Source: Oculina patagonica
Lineage: Eukaryota
Reading direction: 5' to 3'
Length of the DNA: 64,000 nucleotides
Assembly (NCBI RefSeq): GCF_052425735.1
Contig: NC_135769.1
Location: forward strand, 744,001-808,000
The notes beneath the pieces are model-generated. The model worked only from the letters and a program-made list of their open reading frames with translations. It ran no database searches and was not told the DNA's origin. A program made the translations under genes and the position numbers. Shown piece after piece: positions 51,701 to 62,998 of the stretch (its first letter is position 1; each line of letters begins with the position of its first letter).

Positions 51701-54700
51701 TTACAAGTATTAAAAAATCTAAGATCTATACACAATAAAAAACCTACGATATACAATAATATACTAGTACCGTAAAAACCCGCAGATAAGCCGCACCTTT
51801 TTTCCAAAAATGTTCGCTCGAAAGCGGGGGTGCGGCTTATCTGCGGGAACATTCGGAAAAGGTGCCGTAAATTTTCGTTAACTGATGCTAATTTATGGAA
51901 AATTATGTAAATAAATATAACATAAAACTACAAGAGAGTACCGGTCATTGCTTTTGCAAGTTTGACAGCTCCTATACTGTTTGCAGTGTCGACAATGGCC
52001 TATAATTGTAACAGTAATATTGATACTTTTACGAGCGAGAAAATACCACGAGTATTCACGAGTAAGATGGCCAATTGTTTCTTTCTCATTTTGCACTTTG
52101 ATGGAAAATTTGTCGAACTGATTACGAAACTCTCTTTATGCAACAAGTTTATCTCCAATAGATGGCTCCCAAATCTCTTTAATTTGTCGATATGATAGCC
52201 ACGAAACCCGAACGACTCCATCGCCATCTTGTTTTGCTTTACGTTCTCGCCCTAGTCCCATATTTCGCGTCCGATCAAATGCCTGGTTACTAAGCTACGA
52301 ACGTTCTGCAAACGCGTGTTCTTGTTGTGTGTGGAAAAACTGCGTTGAATGAAGAAATGCCTGTCAACAAATGCCAGAAAAAGATCACCCATAATATGTC
52401 AAAGTTGGTTTTCATTATATTAAAGAGCTCAAATTGTGGGTAAGACTGAAGTATTTTCTGTTTCAATGTTCATTGAGTTTACGTTCGATGAAGAAGACTT
52501 CCTAAAGACTCAACTTTGGATTTTTGACTCGACTTTGGATTTTCTTTGATTTACTTTCAAAAAACTTTTTTCCAACATTTGAGTTGTTAAACTTGGGGTG
52601 CGGCTTATCTGCGGGTGCGGCTTATACGCGGGTGTTTACGGTAATAGTTCTCACTATAAAGCTGCCCCCGCCTTTTTACAATTTGTTTTTTGTCGCCTTT
52701 AATTATTAATGCCGATGGACTGCACAATTAGGCTTCTTTTTTACTGTGTCATGCGGAATTTCTTGTTGTGTGACACCGTTGCGTCCTAAAAATATTCACA
52801 AGTTCAAGTCGAATTATATTACCTAGCGCGCGGAAATAACACCTAGCGGAAATAACACATAACACATTATTCGTGATGACAACACACAAGCTTATTCCCG
52901 GGCTTATAACATTCAAAATAAACTTACAATAATTTCCAGGCCAAAAAGCCTAAAAAATTCCACGAGTAACAAAATATGGCACATTCAAAGATTCGAGAAA
53001 ACAACCCACTCTTTGGATCAAATAATCTGACAGTTTGTTAGCGATACGAATTACGTTGTACCTTGTACTACATGACAAAGTTCACGCGTTTGTTTATTAC
53101 TCGTTGTAACTTGTAAGATGTATACGATACAACAAACCTCCGAAAGCAAACCTTACAAATGTAACGCTTGGAACATAGGTAGCCGGCACGTAGCCAAGAA
53201 CAGGAAACCAATTGCTCAAAATCTTTCGACGTATTACTAACATTTGCTTCAAATATCACTTAACACAACCAAAGCAGAGAAACCGCTCGAACAAATCTGT
53301 GAACACGCGTAGGCCAAAACCGGAAAACAAAACGCTGTTGCAGATGGCGAAGCTCGAAACGCGAAGGTGACCAAACGCGACCTCGTGGTTGCAAGTTCCC
53401 GACACCACCGTGCGCGCTTGCTAAAATATTACCCGTCACGACCGTGCGCGCCTAGTTTTGTCAAATCGAGAACGCTTCGCCCATTACAAACACATTTCTT
53501 ACTTTTTCAACAAATATTCTTTGTCCTTGTATGTATACACGCGGGGAGTCCTAGGGTGCCTCCTCGGGTTTTGGCCTCTGGGCCAAAACCCTGCGGGGGC
53601 AATAAGAAACGAATTATCAATTAAAAAACTACTTATTAAAAACTAATTAAAAAAACAATCTGTATTCGAAATAAGATCTTAAAGCTAGGACAGTGACTGT
53701 GATTGATCATGGCCTTTTCCTATTCTGTGGATGTTCTGTCTGGCATGCTATAAACCAATAACCTACCTTGAAAATTGGGGATGCATAAGGCTGAGGCCCT
53801 AAGTCCCCAGGCATGATGAGGACAGATAATGATGACAAAATTGTTTTATGGTCTCATGTAGCGTTGTTTTTCATGCAAGACTGTGGTCGGGGATGACAAT
53901 CTCTCGGCTAATAAAATGACAGACAACATGACACATGGCTTGGTTACTGCTTACTCATGTAAATGGTAAACAACTGTGATGTCGTGAATTGTTGTACTGG
54001 TCATGGTGTTTATATTGTATTGATTCTGAGACCACAGCTCTCATCAAGTTTGTGCATATGGTGCATTGTGTATGTTATGTGTTCCTTGTTATTTAATGGT
54101 TATGTTTTGCCACAGGCCATGGCAGATGTTACTGGAGAAGAGTTTCGCACATTTATGACCATCCTGTCATCACTGAAAGTAATGGCCAGTGCTCATCAAG
54201 AACTTGCAGACATCGTGGCAGAACAAGCAGAACTTACCCAAGCATTTCAGGTACTACTTTGAATGGCAAACATGTAGCATGCGATAGCATCCATTTTTTT
54301 CTGCCGCTTGGTAAACAAGCACTGTAATTATTTGTAGCAACATCACAAAAATGTTGATGCTGGTCCCATGCTTATGACCTATCTGCGCATCTGCATTTAA
54401 AAGTTAAAGTTATTATATCAAGTAATAAGTCTAATTTATTTTTCACATTGATTTTTCAGCCTGGTGACGCTGATGTAATTGATAGATTCCTTTCATGTGC
54501 CAGACAAGCAATTCCATATTTTGTGGTAAGTATAATGTTATTTCAATGGCATATTAAGCCCTTGATCTAGACCTTTCATATCTTTAGCCAGCTGAGATAC
54601 TTGTTAGTGTGGTTGACTACGAACTTTAAAGCACGTAATTATTTCGTTTTGTTTCAGAAAGGAGCGTCTGCCCAAATATTCTTTGTGTACATAGTAGAAA

Positions 54701-57700
54701 GTGTTCTACCAAAGCTGAAAGAACTGGCTGCATCAGATGGTGAGGACGTCAAGCTAGAGATGTTGAAATTATGTGCAGAAATGTCACCACATGGTCTGAC
54801 AGATGAAAATGTCAAGGCAGCTATAGAACCTATCTACAACTTACTATTGGTGAGGTTTACATGTATGTCACTTGTGTAGTCTGCTAATGTACTGCCTGGT
54901 ATTTTGTTAGCCTGGTTCACACCAGCAACATAACAAAACAACAGCAAGGTCACGCAAATGCCAAAAACACCTCACATTGATGTTTTATGTCACCAGTGTG
55001 AACAACATAATATACACTGTAAAGACTTAGTTGAAACATGATGACATAAGCATTTAAGCATAAGCATAACGACCTGATCTTTTCTTTATGTCGTTATGTC
55101 CATGTTGTTGTGTCATTACACCTGTATGTCACTAGTGTGAACCAGGCCTTACAGTGTACTGCTAGTGCTTTTGTTATGAATTTGTATTAAAATTCTAGTT
55201 CTGAGAATTATTTACTTTTATCATTCTTTTTTAAGGGCTATAAGGAAGGTGAAGTTACCGGTAACCATCTCCAAGTGGCTTGTTATTAAAAAATATAGAT
55301 TTTGTATTAATTGTTTATTTTTTTTAACTTTTGTACTTCAGGAATACATGCCATTGCCCCCAGGTGAAGAAGAGGAGAAAAGTACTGAAGAAAACTCTGA
55401 GCCAAAGCTTCAGTTTTCCTATGTAGAGTGCCTTATTCTTGCATTTCACCAACTAGCAAAAAAGGTATGCTCCACTTCCTACATTGGACAATGTTTAGCT
55501 TACTTACTTAGGCCTCTTCACACCATGTAAGGCATACATTTGCAAGGCCCAGGGCAGCATTCACACTACATGTATAATGATAAGCTAAAGGAACGTCAGC
55601 TTTAGAGACTGTTTCCTTTAAGTCCCAAACAGCGTTGAAATACTAAATTCTGCTAACCTTTTTAGAAGAAATTCAAGAAGGCAGGCCCTAAAAATAAATG
55701 ACTTGATCATAACAGGAAAACTGCCTTGATTAGCCTTGATTAAAGACCAGATTCTCCCAGGGAAAATAAGTGAAGATAATTATGCAAAAAAAAACCGTAA
55801 GGGGGAGTTTACTGTATATGCAGATGTTAGTGTCAGTAACCTGTGATAGCAGATCTTTGTATAAACTAAAACAGTGGATAGCGATTTTGTCGCATGCTGG
55901 TTGGCTACTCAAACTCCAAAACAAGTAGTGAAACAAGTAGTGAAACAACAGGCTGCTTCTACATGTTTCAAGTAGATTTCAAGTTAGTTTTTGTTGTCTG
56001 TTGTAAAACAGAAGCATTTTTGCATCCAAGACTGCTTTTTCTAACAGAAAAATGACATTTTCTTGTATAGTATGTTGAAAGATTTGTATGTGTATTTATT
56101 TTGTAGAACCCAGAGTTTTTAACTGATACAAGTGCAGCGGAACGTCTTAAAGATTTCCGTCTAAGGTAAAGTTTTACTCAAGACTGTTAGCAGTCCATAT
56201 TATGCAGTCACCTTCTCATCTTGTTTGCCAATTTGATAAAATTGAAAGCCAATCATATGACAAATTAGCAGGGTTTACTGATTAGAAAACCATTCCAATG
56301 ATTATAAGTTAATGATTGCTGTTTATCTTGCCTCAGGCTTCAATACTTTGCCCAAGGCTGTCAAGTGTACATAAAACAACTGAGATTGTCGTTACAGGGC
56401 AAAACAGGTCCTGCCCTTCAGGAGGAGGAAAATAAGATTAAAATTGTAGCACTGAGGACGACTTCAAATATAAATGCTGTCATAAAGGTATGTTGCGAAG
56501 TGAAATGATGTTGGTAGAATAGAGACCTAATTACACTGGAGGCCTTAGCTGTTGGACAAAAATGTCTTTACCACACAATCCATATTGTAACCTATTTCCA
56601 TCGTCGCTAGCCTGTTCCAGGCATTCGGTTAGTTGGGAAGCGGCGCAAGAAACGGCGAGGGAAAAAATGGGGAGGGGACTAAGGCGAGGGCCCCCCCTCC
56701 CCCTTATTTTTTTTTTTCGCTCGCCGTTTTTCGCGCTTCCCAACTAACCGAACGCCTGGAACAGGCTACATCGTCGCCATCTTCGCTACCTAACGAGTAC
56801 CTGTCATTTGTCAAGTGCTGTTCTACAAAATCAAATTAATTAAATTATTGTTGGGTTTACTACATGCAAGCCCTGCGTTAAAAAAATTTGTCCATATTGT
56901 ATCCATTTCCATCCTCGCCATCGCTAGTCATCCTCACTTCCTAATGGGTTCCTGCCATTCCATTCCATTATGGCTGCCACAGGTCGGAACAACGTCGGGT
57001 AAAAAATAAAAGTCAAGGAAAAGTCAGAGAGTTTTATTTTAAGGTTGCTTCAGGTTCTGATAACGAGTGTGATTGGTAACGACCTGACTTACTATGGTCC
57101 ATAGAAACAAAAGCAAATTTAAAGTGTACATTGAACCTTGGCTACTTTTCGTAAGATCTGTCAGTGAAATTGTTTTCTGATCAGTGTCAAGTCAGTACCC
57201 TGCGACTACAGCGCACGTAGTAGCGGGAACGAATGAGAGGCGGCTGTATTCGCAGGCTATTAAGCCAAGGAAATTGTTTTTCTTCGTTTATGGCAACCAT
57301 GTGCTCATATTACAGCGGTATTGAAGCAAGTCATTAATTGTCAAATGATTTGCTCTTTTTTCAGGACCTATTTCATAATCCACCTTCCTTTAAGAGTTCC
57401 ATAACATTATCATGGAAACCACCGGTAAGTGTGAACATGGCCGCAGATGTTGATCATCTTAGTAAGTGTAAATGTAAATTTAGGAATCGTAGTATAGGTT
57501 TACTTTCTTTTAGGCCAGAATGTCCTTCAACCCACGCTATACAAAGGTTTTGTCTACGAACTAAATATTTCCATGTATGTAAGTCATAAAATAATGTCAT
57601 TCCTGTTAATTTGTAGGCGAAGACGCAAACTGCATCCACACTAACATCCCCGAAAGAGGAGAAAAACACGCTAGTAGATGAAAAGTAAGTTTGTTTGTTC

Positions 57701-60700
57701 CACGAAAGGATAAACTGTTGTAAAACATTTAATGCTTGCCCGCCCACAGTCCCTTAGGGTTTACGACTACAATCCTAATTTTTGCGTGTTCCCTCGCAAG
57801 CAAATTGTTTATTTTACTAGACGAGTTGTCACTTAATACGAAGAAGCTTCAAAAAATTGGGCAACAGCGTTGCAGGTTTTTGGAAGGTGATTCATGTTAG
57901 CTACAATAGATGTTGCGTTACAAAAATAGGTCAGCGAGCAATACATCTGACGTTTGTCGCCACAATGTCGAGTAAAAAATCGTCCTTATTAAAAGGCAAT
58001 TCGTGCAACATCGCCATTAGATTTGTAGTTTCGTTTGCATGTCGTGATGTCGTGATGTTTTTGTCCAACATTAGTGTTTAGGGTATTTTCGTACGTAAGA
58101 CTGTTGCCAACTCGGCTTTAGCTGAATAATGGTGATGTCATGTTTATATTTTTAGTTGAATGCGGAAGTGAATTGGTTCCAAATGGATGATTTCAGTTGT
58201 AAATAGGAATGAGTAAAGTTCAAAGGATTAGTATTTTTGGGCAGTGGTTCTTAAATGGGAAGGAGCGTAAAGAATATTGGTTTATATAATAGTGATAAAA
58301 TTCCCAGCGATAAAAATGGTATTCTAAATATAATTTGTACAGGGGAAAAATTTAAAAGCGTTGAATTAATGTTCTCAGTTTACTTTTGTTTTGGTCACGC
58401 GATGCTTGTAACTAATCGGAAAAATCTGTATTCGATAATTTAGTTTCCTTGTATTAAACTAGGAAAGTAAGCTGAGATGCGCTCTTTTCTGAAAATTCGA
58501 TCTGCTTTCTGCCATTGAAAGGGAATGGAGATATAGCATACAATGTGTAGCGTGAAGTGTGACGTTACCTTTTATCACGTGACGTGAGAATATTAATGCT
58601 CGACCAAATTTTTAGAGTTTTGTTTTGACATTTCGTCATTGTTGCTAAATACCTCTGCGAAGACGTTTGAAACGATCAGTCGAAACACTATCTTAGCGAC
58701 GAGTCCAGACACAAGTAGCGAATTCGTCGTTCGCTTCATCCTGTTACTCACGAGCTAGTCGAAGGATTTATTTCCTGAACTGTTGTTGTTTTGTCGTCGT
58801 CTCCTGCTCGTTAGTGCTCGACTGATTGGTTTTGTTGTCTTTGCTTACGTTGCAACTCTTGCTGCAAATACAAATGCAGCAACTACAACCCAAGAAAACG
58901 CCAGTTTAAGCGTCTTCCAACACCATGCCTCGTTTTTCGAGGTCACGGAATTGCAATCACTTTTCAGTAAATATCGACGTCAACTATGGAACAGTAGCTG
59001 TCGGCGAAGACATTGTCGTGAACGTTAATGGTCATGCTAAAAGAAAGAAGAACTTTGATCGACTTGAAGCAAGTGAATGTCGAAGAAGAAAACGGAGCGA
59101 TCGCAAGCGTTTGAAGAGACTTCACCGCAGTGGCTCAAGGTCTACCACTCCAAGCGTAGACGAGGAAACGAGAGACGCAACACTGAATGAGCTTGCACTG
59201 GGGAACGAGAGCTCCAGTTTGCAGCAAGCCCTGCAAATATTTCGCTGTTGTATTACTCCATTGCATCCCTTACGTGACAATGGCTGCTGGGATCAATTTG
59301 AAAGTGCTGCAGACCACCTTTTAGATGAATCAGCCGGTGATTCGACCCGCAAAATCATCATCTGTCTTGAAAAAAGTGTGGTGTTGAGTATCAAGAAACA
59401 GCTTGACCGGTCAGAGGAGATGATATGTGGAGTGGCGGACGAGATTTCACAGACGAGTGGTTCAGTTCGGCTGTTACTTGAAGTTCTCTCGAAGTGTTAC
59501 ATGGCTGGACTTAACCGCCGAAGAAGAATGCTTGGTAAAGCGGAAGAATGCTTGAAGACTGCCAAGAAGGTGGTATCTGGCTTCCCTCCTTGCTTAGCTG
59601 TGGCTTTATTACTGTACGAGGAGGGGAGCTGGCACCGAGACTTTGCTTCTCTTCTCACTGGCTCGAGGAATGAGCCTGTCATTGCCAAAGCCAAAGAGAA
59701 AGCAAAGGAGCTGATGCAGCGCTGTATCGACTTGTGTTGGCGGTTGGATCATGACCAGGTGTATGTACGCAAACAACACTTCGCTGTGTGCAAAATGGCG
59801 ATGATCGATCTCAGGTGTGAGACAAGCGCATCCAGGAGAAAAAGCATTCCTCCAAAGAGCATCCAAGAAGCCAGAAAAAGCCTGGAAACTCTTCAAACAG
59901 ACAATTACACCAAGAGGGAGGTGCAAGGCGCGAAGATTCAGCGTTTAATCGCAAAGGTAGACTTCAGCTATCGCCTGGAAAATTTCGACGAGGCTGAAAA
60001 GTTCGCGCAGGAGGTGCTGAATATGGCTAAAAAGTTGGAATTTAATTTGGACGTGATTCCTCTGGAAGAAAGACTTCAGGACATCCGCCGACAAATTACA
60101 GCTTCATCAACGAGCGAAACATTTCGACATATTCCTGGAATAATTGATTCATCTTCTGGGTCATTCTCTTCCAAGAATAACACACCATACTCGTCAGACT
60201 ACGAAGACAAAATATAAGTAGTGTTCAAAACTTGTGTTCAGTTCCCGTTGGTAATGTTTTGTTTTTTTCTGAATGAATTATTTTTATAGTAAACGGCATC
60301 CTCAGACAGTGAGAGGCAAACAAAAAAAGGTTGATACAGTACAATATTCCGATGTTTTGTGACTGTAAATTTAATAATTTAAACACCTCAGGATAGGTTT
60401 CTTCGATTGTTTGACTTTGAACCGCAATTATTCATAAGTTGGTCAAGCTTGCTCGATCAAGGGTGGATGAATATTGGCCTAGCTCGTGCTATGCTTATAA
60501 ATTTGGTCTGTGTTTACTCAGGATAGTAGTAATAATAATGATAATATAACTTGGCCATATCAGACCATCTTGACCTTGAACACGCGTGGCTTATAATCTA
60601 TACATAGATGTACATATTTGGTGTAGATGGAAAACGTATTCTGTGATGCGGGCCGTATTGTTGTCGCTTGGCAACGTCTATGATTATCTCTTGACAATTT

Positions 60701-61811
60701 TTTGACAGCTTTCTAATGGGTTTCTTTTAAAGTGGCCAATCAGAGTTCGAGAACGGAAAGAGTGGAGCTACTCGAAACAGAAGCCATCAAAAAAGATGTC
60801 AAGAAGTTTTCACAAATTAATCAAATACTTTATCAAGTGGCAACAGAATAACGGTCAGCATTGTAAACATGAAACAGGGTTTATGTGAAAGCTCGAAGAG
60901 ATTCCCTTGGTGGCCGTTTGTTCTACTTCATTTCGCCTTCTTTGAGGTGACATCTTTTTTGTTGAGTTTGGTTTTGATCCCCATGGAGGAATAGATGATA
61001 GAATAACTAGGGGAATAAGTCAGCGAAGTGCTTACGTTGCGTTGCATCATCAGAAATCTGAATTCTGTGAATTTAAATTGGTTACGATATCATTGTTGTA
61101 AGCGTTTTCCCTAACATGTTGATGAAGTAAATTTAGTGTATAGAGGTTTTATAACTAGAAGCTTGTCGAAGATTAACTGTTGGAATGATGTTAACTAAAA
61201 GTAATCTAAATTCTGTGAATTTTAATGTACAGTATTACGATATCGTTGTTGTGTTTTAACTAACGTTGAGGAATTGCATTAAACATTAGGCAAATAGTAG
61301 TTTTGCATCTCATTATTACCAGATTTACTGTAAAAAGTATGAACGAAAACTCCCTTCAAGTAACTCTGGATAAATTCTGTACAGTATGCACAAAACCTCG
61401 CAGATTTTTTTTACTTGAGCCGAGGTCTTCTCATCCTTGCTTTGCTTTGGTGATAGTAGTTCTCATTCCTCCCGAGTGGTCCGCAATCACAAGCGTTGCA
61501 TATGGAGACTTGTCAGTGTAAGATTCACTAAGCAATGGAATCTCATTATTTATTCTATCTCGTTATATTTCCGCAGGCGAAAACGTGCAGGGATCACGCC
61601 GATCAAGTTCGACCTTCCACCCGAGACGAAACAAGCTAAAAAGCCCAAGGGAAGCACAGTCACAGTGTACACTCCGCCTGGTCGGCGTACTGGAGCGTCA
61701 AACGGCGAAGTCAAGGGTCAAACCATGCCTGAGGGAGGACGGGGTCGGGGATTTCGACAAGGGGGACGGAACCGAGGTCGCGGACGGGGCTGGAGAGGAG
61801 GCAGATATTAG
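48706..61811 (+). CDS. API5: Apoptosis inhibitor 5
   Basis: MAGVEDLYKQFGILADAKE...KRLASQFIARFFKFFP...IRRQAIK.LP...RIADVLTQLLQ...DVTGEEF...EYMPLPP...LQFSYVECL...LKDFRLRLQYFA...DLFHNPPSFKS, then an RG-rich tail. Exons: 48706-48774, 48903-49064, 50025-50124, 50850-50915, 51260-51417, 54116-54250, 54460-54525, 54658-54849, 55342-55464, 56107-56165, 56337-56487, 57365-57424, 57617-57684, 61577-61811. Confidence 0.96.
51770..52641. mobile_element. pogo/Tigger-like non-autonomous element (TA TSD) nested in an older insertion with a (TAAG)n tail
   Basis: ta|ccgtaaaaacccgcagataagccgcacc ... gggtgcggcttatacgcgggtgtttacgg|ta. (taag)n at about 51609-51635. Confidence 0.85.
53881..54037 (+). ncRNA. Candidate intronic box C/D sno/scaRNA (orphan)
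   Basis: 8-bp terminal stem ctgtggtc/gaccacag directly encloses a 3-nt bulge + GATGA (C box GGGATGA, 53890-53896) and a CTGA D box (54026-54029). It has a long internal hairpin and ends 78 nt upstream of the 3' splice site at 54115. Confidence 0.6.
54910..55148. mobile_element. PIF/Harbinger-type MITE
   Basis: tta|gcctggttcacac ... gtgtgaaccaggcc|tta. Confidence 0.75.
56608..56768. mobile_element. AcademH-like MITE with 9-bp TSD CATCGTCGC
   Basis: tagcctgttccaggc.ttcggttagttggg ... cccaactaaccgaacgcctggaacaggcta. TSD at 56599-56607 and 56769-56777. A half copy starts at 62732. Confidence 0.88.
58925..60217 (+). CDS. Nested intronless gene, 430 aa: RHIM-like N-terminal motif, basic NLS-like segment, TPR-like alpha-helical domain
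   Basis: Uninterrupted 1293-bp ORF with caccATG context, noticeably more GC-rich than the flanks. It lies wholly within the last API5 intron (57685-61576). Helix pairs such as MLGKAEECLKTAKK, KAKELMQRCIDLC and ENFDEAEKFAQEVLNMAKK have TPR-like spacing. Confidence 0.8.
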   Translation: MPRFSRSRNCNHFSVNIDVNYGTVAVGEDIVVNVNGHAKRKKNFDRLEASECRRRKRSDRKRLKRLHRSGSRSTTPSVDEETRDATLNELALGNESSSLQQALQIFRCCITPLHPLRDNGCWDQFESAADHLLDESAGDSTRKIIICLEKSVVLSIKKQLDRSEEMICGVADEISQTSGSVRLLLEVLSKCYMAGLNRRRRMLGKAEECLKTAKKVVSGFPPCLAVALLLYEEGSWHRDFASLLTGSRNEPVIAKAKEKAKELMQRCIDLCWRLDHDQVYVRKQHFAVCKMAMIDLRCETSASRRKSIPPKSIQEARKSLETLQTDNYTKREVQGAKIQRLIAKVDFSYRLENFDEAEKFAQEVLNMAKKLEFNLDVIPLEERLQDIRRQITASSTSETFRHIPGIIDSSSGSFSSKNNTPYSSDYEDKI

Positions 61812-62816
61812 ATGGTTTACTATTCTCGAACGTCCCATAGAAAGTGCAGAATTATTTTTATTAGCTTGCGAACTTTGTACAGTTGACTTAACTACAACTA
61901 CAAGTCAGGACTGGGTTATTTATGGAGAAGACTATAATTTGAGTTAGTTCGCCTTGCTCATAAGCTTTTTTTAACTCTATCTTCATGCGCCGTCCAACAG
62001 ACGTTAGTGTACTTTAGAAAATGCTCAGCAGTGTTTTTTTTAAGTTGGAAATTTTGAAAGAATAATAGATTTAACTACGGAGTAAATTATTGAACAAGAC
62101 TCCAGAAACCCCAGGTTTGAGCGTCTGGGATCGTTGTGCAAAGACGAATTCAAAATTGTAGCAACAGAGCACTTGATAATATTCATCAGTCTAACGTTAC
62201 AAATTAAAAGGTCGTATCGATTTTTGGTGATACTTGTTGCTCTTTCGAATCCGAAAAGACTATTGATCGGTTTATTTTGACAGTTTATTGTCCAGGCAGG
62301 GATAGTCCAAGCAGAAACAACATAACATCAATAGCTTTAGCATTAATTACGACTTGACGTCTAAGTAAGTAATTCTGCCCAAACGTTCCCAGGTTTCTTA
62401 GCGTGCGAGGCTGGAGTCCAGTCTTCCTGAGGTTTCTGAAGTGGAAAGTGACTTTTATTTTGTTTTGAGATCCAGTTCAGTTGCCCTTTTTAGGCGAGAA
62501 GTCAAATGCAGTGATGATAACGATCAGCCTATGTACATCAACCCACTTTCGATTTTTCTTGACGTTAAATTTCGATCATCACGATCTTTGGTGCCTATAA
62601 AATAAAAGGCTGTTATGTTTCTTTAATGTGTGTCTTGTTGCTTCATCGCCTGTTTCCTAAGTCGGTTTTTGCAGATCATTCTGTGCCAATTAAAAGCTGG
62701 TTAAGTGACGTGACAGGTTTCTTTCCAGCTGTAGCCTGTTCCAGGCGTTCGGTTAGTTGGGGACTAGCTCGAAGAATGGCGAGCGAAAAATTAGGGGAGG
62801 GGTGTAGAGGAGAATT

Positions 62817-62998
62817 AAGCAACAAACCGCACTTTCTAGGGCTTTACTGGCGTAATACAACCACGTGGGATGTTGGGAGAACATGAGAAGAGCTTGTAAA
62901 TCACGAGCGAGTGATTTACAAGCTTTTCTCGTGTTCTCCCAACATCCCAGGTGGTTTTATTACGCCAGTAAAGCCCTAGAAAGTGCGGTTTGTTGCTT
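62817..62998. repeat. Long near-perfect palindrome (about 88-bp arms) at the end of a non-autonomous element
   Basis: aagcaacaaaccgcactttctagggctttactggcgtaat...aaatcac-gagcga-gtgattt...attacgccagtaaagccctagaaagtgcggtttgttgctt. Confidence 0.9.

Noticed and set aside
58783-60217. Nested ORF as an in-frame alternative terminal exon of API5
   Set aside because: There is an in-frame stop at 58907-58909. The nearby AG acceptors are phase 1, whereas API5 exon 13 ends in phase 2 and exon 12 in phase 0.
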